Notes: generated by a model not told the origin, from the sequence alone. Positions 29,669-40,022 are shown, counted from the first letter of the stretch. The stretch is DNA of 64,000 bases from Parabacteroides sp. FAFU027 (GCF_022808675.1 NZ_JAKZKV010000005.1:261953-325952), one strand, 5' to 3'. Numbers and translations are program-made.

Positions 29669-30208
29669 TCATTTATTTCGATAAACCAGATTTACCACTC
29701 CGGTCTCAAACGATTCCGATTTTATTAATGAAAAGGTTGTTTCTTTCGGAACATTGGGAAATAGTCGGATTCCCTTACCCAATAAGACTGGAATGACGCT
29801 TAGAGTCATTTCATCAATGGCATCCAGATTGAGGAACTGCGTAATCAGCGTTCCCCCTCCTACCAGCCAGATATTTTTCTTGCTTTCCGATTTTAGTTTT
29901 CCGATGATCTCCCGGTCAATCTGATGCAGGAGAAAAGTTTGTTCCGTCTTTACCCTGTATTCCTGATTTCCGGTAACCACATAGGTTTTGAATTCCGGAT
30001 AGGGCCACTCTTCTACCAGAGCCAATAGCTCTTCATAGGTTTTCCGTCCCATGATTATCGTATCCACCCCATTGATCAGTTCATTGTAGCCATGATCAAT
30101 CTGGTTGGGATTGGGCAATCCGAGCAGCCAATCCAGCGAACCATCTTCACGGGCAATAAACCCATCAATGGTTTGGGCGATAAAGAGTTGTATTTGGGTA
30201 GATTCCAT
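29669..30208 (-). CDS. Dihydrofolate reductase family protein (RibD C-terminal-domain-like)
   Basis: IAQTIDGFIAREDGSLDWL...IMGRKTYE...WLVGGGTL pattern of the RibD_C / YwjB family. Confidence 0.75.
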   Translation of the reverse strand: MESTQIQLFIAQTIDGFIAREDGSLDWLLGLPNPNQIDHGYNELINGVDTIIMGRKTYEELLALVEEWPYPEFKTYVVTGNQEYRVKTEQTFLLHQIDREIIGKLKSESKKNIWLVGGGTLITQFLNLDAIDEMTLSVIPVLLGKGIRLFPNVPKETTFSLIKSESFETGVVNLVYRNK

Positions 30209-30280
30209 AAAGTATTCAGACTTGTATTTGTGTTTATACTCTCAATAATCTGCTTTCATCAGTAAGTTTAGCATCTATCC

Positions 30281-30880
30281 CTATTTATTCTCATCAATCG
30301 GAGTGGATTTAGGTAGTTCAAAATGAATTATGATCGTTTTATTGGTTTCTCCCTTTTTTCCATTTACCTTTCCGGGATGAAATTTGGGCAAAAGCGAAAC
30401 CAACCTCAGTGCTTCTTCATCCAGGTCAAAACCCTGCCGTTGAATAACCTGCGATTTTATGACCGAACCGTCCTTTCCGATTGTAATATTGACTGCAACA
30501 TCACCACTGACTTCAGCATCTAAAGCTCTTTCCGGATATTTCAGATGATCATAAATGAATTTATTAAGCGCTTTATCTCCTCCTTTAAAAGAAGCGTAAT
30601 GTGTTTTTTTATGTGTAACTACAATTCCGTAACACATATTTCCTGTAAGCTCTTCATCTAAATGAGATAGATTTAGTGTTTCTGGAATAATGGGCGGATT
30701 AGGCGTTCTAATCATCTGAGCCTCTGCTGCTTTTGCTGTTAGTAAAGTAATTCCTATTGCAATTTTCAGTTTGACTAAAGGAGATAGTGTTCGGTTTACA
30801 GTTATAGAATTTAGTAAATTGTAAAAACTCGCCAAACACTTGATGATTTGCTTTTGAATAAATAGCTTCGTGTTTTCCAT
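30281..30880 (-). CDS. Energy-transducer TonB-family protein (C-terminal TonB domain)
   Basis: N-terminal membrane anchor, Pro-containing linker (RTPNPPIIPE) and C-terminal TonB_C-like fold ending KGETNKTIIIHFELPKS. Confidence 0.6.
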   Translation of the reverse strand: MENTKLFIQKQIIKCLASFYNLLNSITVNRTLSPLVKLKIAIGITLLTAKAAEAQMIRTPNPPIIPETLNLSHLDEELTGNMCYGIVVTHKKTHYASFKGGDKALNKFIYDHLKYPERALDAEVSGDVAVNITIGKDGSVIKSQVIQRQGFDLDEEALRLVSLLPKFHPGKVNGKKGETNKTIIIHFELPKSTPIDENK

Positions 30881-30983
30881 TATTAGATCTTTTATAGCTT
30901 TTCTCTCATTGTTGATAAGAAAAGCGCAAATACAAGAACATTTAATCTATCTGATATAGATATCAAAAAAACTTCTTCCCATT

Positions 30984-31019
30984 TAATTACCCCGGCCATC
31001 CACAAGGCCGGGGTAATTA
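30984..31019 (-). terminator. Rho-independent terminator downstream of the flotillin-like gene
   Basis: taattaccccggcc / ggccggggtaatta perfect 14-bp stem. Confidence 0.7.
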
Positions 31020-31030
31020 TATTCACTAAC

Positions 31031-32971
31031 CTAGTTATCCATCTTATTTCCGCCGGAAGGGATATCACCCTTTACAGCTTTTGTTTCCGGATTGATCATC
31101 TCCATCAGCTTGAGACCAAGCAGACCATCGACTGCGCTGCCGCCACTGGTACCATTGGCACCACCGATCAGGATATCCGGGATCAGCTTGATGTTGCCTT
31201 TCGATAGCTCTTCGGTAATCTTGTAACGGGTAAAGTTTTCTCCGCCCAACGCTTTTACAGCCAACTCATAAGCTTCAGCCGTAGATTTACCCACAGCTAG
31301 GATCTTGCCTGCTTCAGCCGCACCGGTTAGCGAGATTTGTTCCGCTTCGGCAGACGCTTTGAGCTTGATGGCTTCCGATTCCGCTTGCGCACGGGCCTTA
31401 GTCGCTTCAGCCTCAGCAAACGCGCGCATCTTGGTAGCTTCCGATTCGGCGCTTACCGCCAGTTTCACGCTGGCAGCATCCCCTTCCGATTTCTTCACGG
31501 TCGCATTAGCGGTACGTTCTGCAATTTCCACACTCTGTTGCGCTTTTACGATATCCTTCTGCATATCCGCGATGGCAGTCTCTTTCTCCATCCCCTGACG
31601 GGTCTCCTGAGCCTGTTTCTGTGTCTCATAAGTCACTTTTTGTTCCTCTGCAATCTTACGGTCGGTCAGTGTTTTCATCAATGACTCAGGCGGTACGATA
31701 TCCCCGATCAACGTATCTACAGCGTTGACGTTATATTCGTCCAATACCGTCTTGATATGCGTTTTGGCTGATTCCTGACGCTCTTTACGGGTGCTCAGGA
31801 AGGCAATCACGTCACTATCCTGCGCCGAGTTGCGGAAGTAGTTACCAATGGTAGGCTCCAGTACCTGCGAAACCAGATTCACCATGTTACCGAAGCGGGC
31901 AATTACCTTTGGCGCTTCATTGGTTGGGACGTGGATGATCTGCGCCACATCAAGGTTGAAAGGGAATCCATCTTTGGAACGCACCGTAATGGTAGAGAGG
32001 TTCTTATCCAGGTTGTGGGCTTCACTGCGAGCTGCCGCCCAGTTGAGCACCAGGTTGGTGGTAGGCACCAACTCCACTTTCATGATATATTTATTGATGG
32101 GATATTTACCCGGACCAAGAGGTTCCATCCAAACTCCCTTAAAGCCTTTTTCTACAATGTTACCGTGTTTGAAATCACTTCCAGTAAGGTCATTTCCCTC
32201 CTGACCGATGTAAGAAATCACCACGCCCACGTAACCGATTGGAATTTCGGTCATCGGGATTTCCTCAATCTGTACCGCCCAGGGATTCAGGTTGTACGAA
32301 CCTGCCAGAATGACCTGAGGCTGAAGACCGCGGTTACCACCGTTTCGGATAAAAGCGTCAAAGTCCTGGAAGTTGTTGTGGCCTTCCACCAGTTTACCGG
32401 CAATCTGTCCTGCTTCGATGGGCTGTCCGTCGAGTGTGGTGACAATTCCCACCATACTCTCCTGGATGCGTACCATATCGGTTACCGACACCTGAAACAG
32501 CATGGTGTTGATCCGGTAAGATCCTGCCGTGATATAAGCAGTCTGGCGACCGCGTTGTCCACCATTGATCAGGAATTTCTCTGCATCCTGGTAGTTATCG
32601 CACTCCACGCGCTGTGCCAAAATGTTTCCTGTCGGGATTTCGGAACCGTCTTTAGCCAACAACAGACCGATTTTACCTTCAGGAATTACGGTGAAGTCCT
32701 CCATCGTTACATCATACTGCCATACCCACATGCCGAAGTACATTCCCGGAGCGAGTGTCTTCGCCTGAAAACCGGCCTCTCCTTTTGTCGCGATGATACG
32801 ACCGTCCGGCAAATTTTTGTTCTCGCCAAACAGAACGAATTTCTTCGTTACCAAACCGATCTTGTCCTCCGGGACAATGACGGTACCAAATAAAAACCGC
32901 AGTACAAACTTGTACAGAACGACTGCCAGAACCAGTGGAATGATCCACCAAAAACTCATTAGAATTTCCAT
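31031..32971 (-). CDS. SPFH/Band-7 flotillin-like membrane protein (YqiK/FloA-like)
   Basis: N-terminal TM, SPFH domain and a long C-terminal Ala/Glu-rich coiled-coil with EA-repeat segments (AEAEATKARAQAESEAIKLKASAEAEQ). Confidence 0.8.
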   Translation of the reverse strand: MEILMSFWWIIPLVLAVVLYKFVLRFLFGTVIVPEDKIGLVTKKFVLFGENKNLPDGRIIATKGEAGFQAKTLAPGMYFGMWVWQYDVTMEDFTVIPEGKIGLLLAKDGSEIPTGNILAQRVECDNYQDAEKFLINGGQRGRQTAYITAGSYRINTMLFQVSVTDMVRIQESMVGIVTTLDGQPIEAGQIAGKLVEGHNNFQDFDAFIRNGGNRGLQPQVILAGSYNLNPWAVQIEEIPMTEIPIGYVGVVISYIGQEGNDLTGSDFKHGNIVEKGFKGVWMEPLGPGKYPINKYIMKVELVPTTNLVLNWAAARSEAHNLDKNLSTITVRSKDGFPFNLDVAQIIHVPTNEAPKVIARFGNMVNLVSQVLEPTIGNYFRNSAQDSDVIAFLSTRKERQESAKTHIKTVLDEYNVNAVDTLIGDIVPPESLMKTLTDRKIAEEQKVTYETQKQAQETRQGMEKETAIADMQKDIVKAQQSVEIAERTANATVKKSEGDAASVKLAVSAESEATKMRAFAEAEATKARAQAESEAIKLKASAEAEQISLTGAAEAGKILAVGKSTAEAYELAVKALGGENFTRYKITEELSKGNIKLIPDILIGGANGTSGGSAVDGLLGLKLMEMINPETKAVKGDIPSGGNKMDN

Positions 32972-33067
32972 AATAATTGATTGTGTTTAGAATGATATGT
33001 ATTGAAAATGATAAGTTTAAAAGTTGATTTTCAAATCAAAAGTGATAATACTGTTAAGGTCGGTTCA

Positions 33068-33610
33068 TTAGAAAAGCATTTTCATCCCCATTCCTGAAGG
33101 AGTTAAAGCCAGTTTCATCTGCACATTCCTGGAGACTCTGGATTTTATATCCTGATTATAAGTTGCAATGGCTTTACAGTAATGTATTTTAGCTGAGATC
33201 TCAATAGGTATTGCGATTCCTATAGCGGCCAGCCCAACAAACACAGGTGCAATGCTGTAGTTTGATTTTGAGTCTTCATTGACAGAATATATTAACAGAT
33301 CAGTTACAGCAAGTGCGCCTCCTCCGATAAACAAAACTTTAGCCGCATTATCTAAAGATCTGAATTGTCTGAATTCTATGGATGCAGCTTTATTCGAAGA
33401 AACTATTTTCTCGATATCAGCCTGACGAAGTATTACTCCGTTTCTAAAATAGACATTTGATTTGTCTATGTTCTTAAATTCAATTGTATCTTTCAATGTT
33501 TGACAAGTAACTGAAAAAGAGGGCTGGGACAGTTGGGTATTTTCCGTTTGTTGTGCAAACGTCGGCATGAAGGCCAAAAACACTAAAATAGAAATCAGAA
33601 TTACTTTCAT
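33068..33610 (-). CDS. Hypothetical secreted or membrane protein
   Basis: Signal peptide MKVILISILVFLAFMPTFAQ and a C-terminal hydrophobic segment. Confidence 0.4.
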   Translation of the reverse strand: MKVILISILVFLAFMPTFAQQTENTQLSQPSFSVTCQTLKDTIEFKNIDKSNVYFRNGVILRQADIEKIVSSNKAASIEFRQFRSLDNAAKVLFIGGGALAVTDLLIYSVNEDSKSNYSIAPVFVGLAAIGIAIPIEISAKIHYCKAIATYNQDIKSRVSRNVQMKLALTPSGMGMKMLF

Positions 33611-33697
33611 TATAAATGATATATGATTGATTTATAGATATTGTATTGTTAGAAAAAGAAATAGCTCAGTTCCTATGTTGTAAACTGGCGTTGTGTA

Positions 33698-35272
33698 TTA
33701 TTCCTCTAATGCCTGTTCCTCATCTTCCGATTCACGTTCTTCAGAGAAAACATAAATAAATAGCCCGACAAGCGCACCACTTAAAAGCCCTCCGATATGT
33801 GCGGCATTATCAATTCCGCCTGCTAGCCCTGCAAATAAGTTGAATCCTACAAAGATCAGAATACTTGAGAGGAAAGCTTTACTGAATTCTCTCGGTAACA
33901 CTTTAAGAAGCATCAGAGAAAGGAATAGACCATATAGGCCAAAGATAGCGCCAGATGCTCCGACACTTACAGTCGCATCATGCCACCAAACGCTGGCAAT
34001 TCCAGAGATAATCCCTGTAACCATATATACAGAAAGGTATTTCCATTTCCCAAGGAAAGGCTCCAAAAGGGAACCGACAAATAAAAGACTGTACATGTTC
34101 ATCAGCAAATGCATGATACCTCCATGCAGAAACATATAGGACAGAAGTCTCCAGGCTTCTCCATCTGCAGTATAAGGTCCATAATTAGCCCCCCAGGTAA
34201 GCAAGTCTGTACCCTGGAATGTAATAAAGCCGCATCCGTTTATAACCATCAACAGATATATTAAGAAATTCGCAATTATCAGTAATGGAGTAATGAAAAA
34301 GCCTTCTTGAGGTTTTAACCACATCAGATATTCAAACATCTCTTTTCGTTGCCTTTTTGTTTGGATATCAAGTCTTCTTTTGTCTGTTTGCTCCAGCTTA
34401 ACCAAAGAAACCATGAGCAGAAACAACCCCGCCCCTATTCCAAATGAACCGAAAATCCAGGCAAAACGATCTCCGCAACGGGATTCAAATGGTTCATTAC
34501 TGCCGGTTAGAATAAGCTCTTCTTTATCGCCGGCGTAGGTACCTCGGTGTACTGCTTTGTTATACTCCTTGTGTTCATCCGAGTTTCCAATACGTTCAAA
34601 ATAGGTATATCCAGATAAAGGCATAGCATTAAATTTGACTATGCTCATCTCAGCAAACTGTTTCGAGAGCCGATCCTTTTCTTCGTTACTGAGACGATTA
34701 CTGATACGGTCATCAAATTCAATTCCCAGATATGCTCTTTGATAATTCAATAAGGTATCAGCGGCTTTATTACTGATTGGCACAACCACGTAAATATGAA
34801 TATTGAGATCTTCGTTGTGCTTGCCACTAACCTCATACTTCCATTGAGCTTTAATCCGATTCCTGTCAATATAATACTGCTTAATTGAATAATACCGGGT
34901 AGTTGCACTCTTATTAATCAGGGTAGGATATTCTAGGGTAGTAAGTTTACCGGTAGCTCTGACCATATATTCCTGTGCAACAATGGTTGTAGCTGCTATA
35001 GCAAGAGCCGCTACCAATATATATAAAGTATCCGGGTCACGACTCCCCCGGTTTAGATTGAGGAGTTTAATTCGTGGTCGTAACCAGATGATTACCGGAA
35101 TCCAGACAAGCCCCATAGGCAGGAAAAGGTTTGCAATAATTTCTTTAAGTGGAATGATTTGAAGTTCAACGACCAGTAACCAATTCAGAAAAGTATAGGT
35201 AAGAATAAAAGCAATTGCAATTTTCAGAAATGGCAGATAGACCAGTTTTAATTTGTGCAGATAAGTGTTCAT
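33698..35272 (-). CDS. Rhomboid-family intramembrane serine protease with a long N-terminal extension
   Basis: C-terminal rhomboid core WRLLSYMFLHGGIMHLLMNMYSLLFVG...GASGAIFGL...AHIGG (Ser/His dyad context). N-terminal ~300 aa carry extra TM segments and a soluble domain. Confidence 0.75.
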   Translation of the reverse strand: MNTYLHKLKLVYLPFLKIAIAFILTYTFLNWLLVVELQIIPLKEIIANLFLPMGLVWIPVIIWLRPRIKLLNLNRGSRDPDTLYILVAALAIAATTIVAQEYMVRATGKLTTLEYPTLINKSATTRYYSIKQYYIDRNRIKAQWKYEVSGKHNEDLNIHIYVVVPISNKAADTLLNYQRAYLGIEFDDRISNRLSNEEKDRLSKQFAEMSIVKFNAMPLSGYTYFERIGNSDEHKEYNKAVHRGTYAGDKEELILTGSNEPFESRCGDRFAWIFGSFGIGAGLFLLMVSLVKLEQTDKRRLDIQTKRQRKEMFEYLMWLKPQEGFFITPLLIIANFLIYLLMVINGCGFITFQGTDLLTWGANYGPYTADGEAWRLLSYMFLHGGIMHLLMNMYSLLFVGSLLEPFLGKWKYLSVYMVTGIISGIASVWWHDATVSVGASGAIFGLYGLFLSLMLLKVLPREFSKAFLSSILIFVGFNLFAGLAGGIDNAAHIGGLLSGALVGLFIYVFSEERESEDEEQALEE

Positions 35273-35381
35273 TGTGTGTTATTGTGATTGTGTGTATGAT
35301 AATAATGTGATCTGTGATTGAATGAATGAAAATGAATCCGGGCTTTTTGATTCAGCATTGTCTTATGTTGATACCCAGTGT

Positions 35382-35594
35382 TCATTCGCTATAAAACTTA
35401 CCCTTCCTCCAACTCGCCGGATTATTGACGATGTAGTAAGCAATCCTTCTGTACTCCTCGTCATCCCTGATAATGTGGTCATGGAAGCGTTCCTGCCAAT
35501 GAAAAGACATTTTGATTTGCCTGTAGGAGTATAAGTACTCATTGCTTACCGGATTAAACTTACTATCTAACGGAAATTTATCATCAGGTTTCAT
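35382..35594 (-). pseudogene. 3' remnant of a REP-associated tyrosine transposase (RAYT, IS200-like) gene
   Basis: Encodes ...SFHWQERFHDHIIRDDEEYRRIAYYIVNNPASWRKGKFYSE, nearly identical to the C-terminus of the full RAYT at 40023-40802. HUH N-terminal half is absent. ~100-bp DNA identity (35403-35504 vs 40043-40145). Confidence 0.65.
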
Positions 35595-36403
35595 TACAAT
35601 TTAAAATACAGCCCTAATTTCAATCCAATCGAAAATGGTTTTATGCTTTTTGTCTGATATGTGCCCAAAACACCACTATACCCTCCATCAACCAGATAGA
35701 CCTTTTTCGTTTCAGGAGACAGCACATTGTTTAATCCGTAATTAAGATAGCCACCAATATAAAGGTGTTGCTTATCTGACAACTTATAGATTCCACCCAA
35801 TTCAACAACCGCTGAATAAAGAGCCTTCAGGCTATAATCGCCGTTGAAGGTCGGATGAATAGTAGTAAATCCATGTTGAGGCATATCTGTTAGTTCCGCA
35901 TCCCATTGAGGATAATAACCACTGGTTACAATCTCGCCACCAGTGGTTTTATAGGTAGTATTTATCGGAAAAGCAACCTTAGCGCCAAAAGTCGATATGA
36001 TTCCTATTTTGTCACTATACGTGTATTTAAATTGTCCGGTCAAAGGAATCTCTAAATAAACTGAACTTTGATTTTCCTTCCAGCCTCTAATATCGGATTT
36101 AAAAATATAAGCATCTCCATCGCTATCTATAGCCGGAGTGGCTTCTAACACGTTAAGTGTTGATGTTGCATTGAATGTTTCTATCCCAAGTCCGGTCTGG
36201 AATCCCCATTGACGAGTAAAGAAATGAGAAAAGCCAATTCCTGCCGATATTCCGGTATTTCCTTTTTGTGTTCCGTCCTGAAGAGTATAGGAAAGATTAT
36301 GAAGTCCCCCTCCCAAGTTTATGTTGAGATAATTCCCCTTTTCTTGTGCATGAATTAAGGTGGATAAAATCAATCCTAAAAGTATGCTGATTCTTTTATT
36401 CAT
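35594..36403 (-). CDS. Outer-membrane beta-barrel protein (porin / OmpA-like barrel family)
   Basis: Signal peptide, alternating amphipathic strands and terminal ...LGLYFKL ending in an aromatic/hydrophobic residue. Confidence 0.55.
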   Translation of the reverse strand: MNKRISILLGLILSTLIHAQEKGNYLNINLGGGLHNLSYTLQDGTQKGNTGISAGIGFSHFFTRQWGFQTGLGIETFNATSTLNVLEATPAIDSDGDAYIFKSDIRGWKENQSSVYLEIPLTGQFKYTYSDKIGIISTFGAKVAFPINTTYKTTGGEIVTSGYYPQWDAELTDMPQHGFTTIHPTFNGDYSLKALYSAVVELGGIYKLSDKQHLYIGGYLNYGLNNVLSPETKKVYLVDGGYSGVLGTYQTKSIKPFSIGLKLGLYFKL

Positions 36404-36448
36404 TTTTCTGAGATAATAAGTTTATTGATACGAAGGCCCTCCTTCGTG

Positions 36449-39400
36449 TTATTTAACAACCATTATTTTGAATACATAATCATTCCCTGCAGTGTATAAG
36501 TGCCCGATATAGGCACCGGACACCGTAAAATCAAGTTTGTTGATCGACTGAACCGCAGACGAATTGTAAACACATTTACCTTGAAGATCAAACACAGATA
36601 GTTTTGCGGTTTTTAATTCTTCCTCTTTTATCCCGTCTAAATGTACGATGCATGATTCTGAAACTCTTACCGGATTAGGGTAGATGTTTACTTTCGAATT
36701 CATGGATGGATAAAAAATCTTAGGACAACTGTAAACAGTTTTACCATCAAGAGTTGTCAGCCTGAGTGAATAAATTCCGATTAATCCAAGCGGATCGCAA
36801 TAAAACTGTTTGGTAGCTCCCGGAATTTCAATATTATTTTTATACCATTGATAGCCGGTAAATCGCTCACTGGAATTATTAAAAAGGAGAACATCATCAA
36901 ACTTCGAAATGATATTATCATCTGACACATTGATGGTAAATTCAAACGGATAGTCAGGACTTTCTACATTTAGTTCATTTTTCATTTTCAGAGTCCCGAT
37001 GTATGTTCCGTCAAGTGTACCCTCCGGAATCGGAAATGAAAGAACTGCACTACTGTCTGTCATGGTAAGTGTGTTATAAGTGATGTTTTTCATTCCGGCG
37101 CTTAGCGCAGCATTATTGAACGTGATTTTATATTGAGTAGGAGTTCCTGTCTTAATTGTATAAGAAAGGTCCATATCATAACCTTCACACCCAGAACCAG
37201 GAGCTGACAACGGTCTTAATGTAACATAATCGGATATTTTAGCATTACTGATAATATAATTTTCAGGAGCAAAATACTTGGTAGCGGCACTACCGGTCAG
37301 AGAATAAACAACAGTAATGGTTTTATTTACACCGACATTTGCATTGTCATATTTTGCGGTCGCAGTAACTCCAATATTATTTATATCGGCAGCATCAACA
37401 CCTTGTAGGTTTCCAAGTTTTGTAATTACAGCCGTTGAATTTCCGTCAACCATTTTGTTATTTATGATGGTCGGAGCCGTTATAGTCAATGGTTTCTGGG
37501 TAATTTCCCCGTTAACCGCAACGATTTGATCTGCAGCCCAGGCTGTTGAACAAACTATATTTCCTGAAATATTCCCTGAAGATGATGCCGATGAAGAGAT
37601 TCTGATATTTACAGTTCTTTCTGTCACATCTCCTGCTATAGGATTAAAACGAAGAACTGTTACAAAACTGGATGCTCCATTTTCCTGGACTTCAAAACCA
37701 GCCGGTGCAGTAACAACTAAAGCCGAAGCTAGATTTGTTCCGCTGATTTTAAAGGATTGTGTAGCTGACGCAATTCCTTTCACCGTTTTAAACCCTGATA
37801 ATGAACGGATTGATGGTTGTAACAAAACCGGATTTGGAGTCTTAAATGAAACTTCATCACCATAATTTGTTCCGGTACTATTTGTAGCATAAGCTCTTAC
37901 ATAATACCGGGTATTAGGTGCTAAATCAAATAAATTATTTGCAAATGCTCCAACGGATGTTATAGATTGTATTGTCTTACTTGACAAGTCAATTGTAGGA
38001 GTAGGATTTGTATTCCAGACAACACCACATTGAGTCGGATCATTTGTATCTAAATTACTTAGAATACCATTTCCTGTAGGGGTAACAGATAAAATATTTG
38101 TTACATCTTTTGTTATTACGGTTACAGGAAGGCCCTCTGATATATTAAAAAAGTCTTTCCATTGTGGAGCATTGACATATAGTGTTTTTTTACTTTTAGG
38201 TACACATAATACACACGCATCATTAGGTACTCCCAGAAATACAGATGAACCTAATGTGATATCAGTAGGATTATTCCCATAGGCGTATATTTCTTTTAGA
38301 CTACTACAATTAGTAAATGCACCGGAGCCAATAATTGTAACTGAGCCGGGTATTGTTAGAGAACCATTAAATCCGCTACAATCTTTAAAAGAGTAATCAT
38401 CAATGGTCGTAAGAGCTGAATGAATCACTAACGACCCGGTAAATCCTTTACAACTGTTGAATGAATACTTTCCTATTGATTTTACAATGGATGGTATCAT
38501 CAATCTACCAGTTAAGCCGCTACAACCAGAAAATGCATAATGTCCTATTGTGAACGGAACAGCTCCCATAAATTTTAACGTTCCATTAAATCCACTGCAC
38601 CCTTCAAATGCGTGATCTCCGATTTTAGCATATAATTCAAAATCAAATGGGGGAATTATTAAATCTCCGGTAAAGCCACTACATCCCGCAAACGCATTAT
38701 TATCTATATATCCAATCTTATCCGGTAAAATTAAATTGCCATTAAATCCTTTACAACCGGAAAACACTCCAATATTTATACTAAGCACCGAAGATGGGAT
38801 CTTTAATGACCCGGTAAAGCCACTACAATTAGAGAAAGCGTTATCATTTATGAATGAGACAGAACTTGAAATAGTTAAAGTTCCATTAAAACCACTACAT
38901 CCTGAAAAAGCATAGCGTTCAATTCCATAGACAGAAGAAGGTATTATTAATGAACCCGTAAAACCACAACATCCGGTAAAAGTAGCTATATCAATCATTT
39001 TTAAAGAGTTTGACAGAACCAAATTACCATTAAAACCTTTACAATCAGAGAAAGCAGATTCTCCAATTGAAGTTACAGATGAAGGTATAATTAATGATCC
39101 AGTTATTCCACTGCAATTTTGGAACGAACCTTTTCCGATTTCTGCTAATGAATCCGGGAAAGTTAAAGTCCCATTAAAACCACTACAATCAACAAAAGCT
39201 CCTTCTTCTATAGTTTTTACTCTAGCTGGTATTTTTAAGTCTCCGGTAAAACCAGAACAAGCACAAAAGGTTCCAAAATAAATATTAGTTATTGAATCTG
39301 GCAGAGTCAGGGTACCATTAAAACCACTACAATAAGCAAATGCACCTCCCCCTATTTCTGTTACTGATGATGGAATATTGAGTGAACCTGTAAATCCACT

Positions 39401-39985
39401 GCATCCTGAAAACGCACTCGATTTAATTGTCTTTACTGAACTGGGAATAATTAACGTTCCAGTAATTTTAGAGCATCCACTAAATGCTCCAGACCCAATA
39501 GTTATTACAGATGCGGGTATATTTAGTGTGCCAGAAAGAGCAGAATAAGCAAAAGCATTTTCACCGATAGATGTTATAGAAGCAGGCAAGATTATAGTCC
39601 TTAAACTTGCTTTACCTGTTGTAGGAAATGAATAATATATATTAAAAGCATATTTGGGAATTTCATTTGCCGGATATTCAATAAAAGCACTAGAATCAGC
39701 ATCTGAATATCCCATTGACCCCTGGTTTCCATAATAATGTTTGACAGAAACATTCCTAATATCAATATTGGCTAATTTGGGCATTTTGTCTTTCATCGTC
39801 TTAAAATCCCTCGCATCAATATCTCCAGTAAGCGTCAGGTCTGTAATGGTACTAAGCTCAGTTGAGGTAAGTCGTGTCGATAAAGTTCCGGGGGTTATCA
39901 CATTAACAGTTTTTGCCACCTGAGCTTGTCCTGAAATATACAGCAACAAGCCAATAAATAGTAAGAGTAATTCTTTTCGTGTCAT
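36449..39985 (-). CDS. Giant cell-surface protein: BspA-type leucine-rich repeats (LRR_5) followed by Ig-like domains and a T9SS C-terminal sorting domain
   Basis: At least 15 tandem ~23-aa units of the form IPSSVxSIGxxAFSGCSGFTGSL. C-terminal ~80 aa IYPNPV...LSVFDLQGK... are typical of the Por/T9SS CTD. Confidence 0.8.
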   Translation of the reverse strand: MTRKELLLLFIGLLLYISGQAQVAKTVNVITPGTLSTRLTSTELSTITDLTLTGDIDARDFKTMKDKMPKLANIDIRNVSVKHYYGNQGSMGYSDADSSAFIEYPANEIPKYAFNIYYSFPTTGKASLRTIILPASITSIGENAFAYSALSGTLNIPASVITIGSGAFSGCSKITGTLIIPSSVKTIKSSAFSGCSGFTGSLNIPSSVTEIGGGAFAYCSGFNGTLTLPDSITNIYFGTFCACSGFTGDLKIPARVKTIEEGAFVDCSGFNGTLTFPDSLAEIGKGSFQNCSGITGSLIIPSSVTSIGESAFSDCKGFNGNLVLSNSLKMIDIATFTGCCGFTGSLIIPSSVYGIERYAFSGCSGFNGTLTISSSVSFINDNAFSNCSGFTGSLKIPSSVLSINIGVFSGCKGFNGNLILPDKIGYIDNNAFAGCSGFTGDLIIPPFDFELYAKIGDHAFEGCSGFNGTLKFMGAVPFTIGHYAFSGCSGLTGRLMIPSIVKSIGKYSFNSCKGFTGSLVIHSALTTIDDYSFKDCSGFNGSLTIPGSVTIIGSGAFTNCSSLKEIYAYGNNPTDITLGSSVFLGVPNDACVLCVPKSKKTLYVNAPQWKDFFNISEGLPVTVITKDVTNILSVTPTGNGILSNLDTNDPTQCGVVWNTNPTPTIDLSSKTIQSITSVGAFANNLFDLAPNTRYYVRAYATNSTGTNYGDEVSFKTPNPVLLQPSIRSLSGFKTVKGIASATQSFKISGTNLASALVVTAPAGFEVQENGASSFVTVLRFNPIAGDVTERTVNIRISSSASSSGNISGNIVCSTAWAADQIVAVNGEITQKPLTITAPTIINNKMVDGNSTAVITKLGNLQGVDAADINNIGVTATAKYDNANVGVNKTITVVYSLTGSAATKYFAPENYIISNAKISDYVTLRPLSAPGSGCEGYDMDLSYTIKTGTPTQYKITFNNAALSAGMKNITYNTLTMTDSSAVLSFPIPEGTLDGTYIGTLKMKNELNVESPDYPFEFTINVSDDNIISKFDDVLLFNNSSERFTGYQWYKNNIEIPGATKQFYCDPLGLIGIYSLRLTTLDGKTVYSCPKIFYPSMNSKVNIYPNPVRVSESCIVHLDGIKEEELKTAKLSVFDLQGKCVYNSSAVQSINKLDFTVSGAYIGHLYTAGNDYVFKIMVVK

Positions 39986-40022
39986 TATGTGTTATTTCAA
40001 AAAATGTAATTCAATAATAAGT

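Noticed and set aside
31931-32893. 320-aa plus-strand ORF inside the flotillin gene
   Set aside because: It is antisense to a strongly supported SPFH/flotillin CDS and has no recognisable domains. Similar antisense ORFs inside ppdK (16257-16490, 17060-17449), hydA (10802-12376), tdh (57741-58436), the metallophosphoesterase (58908-59420), trhO (21663-22127) and lepA (49494-50481) are rejected for the same reason.
35322-35534. 70-aa plus-strand ORF (and its twin at 39987-40184)
   Set aside because: Both are antisense translations of the conserved RAYT 3' segment. The minus-strand RAYT reading frame carries the recognisable transposase motifs.
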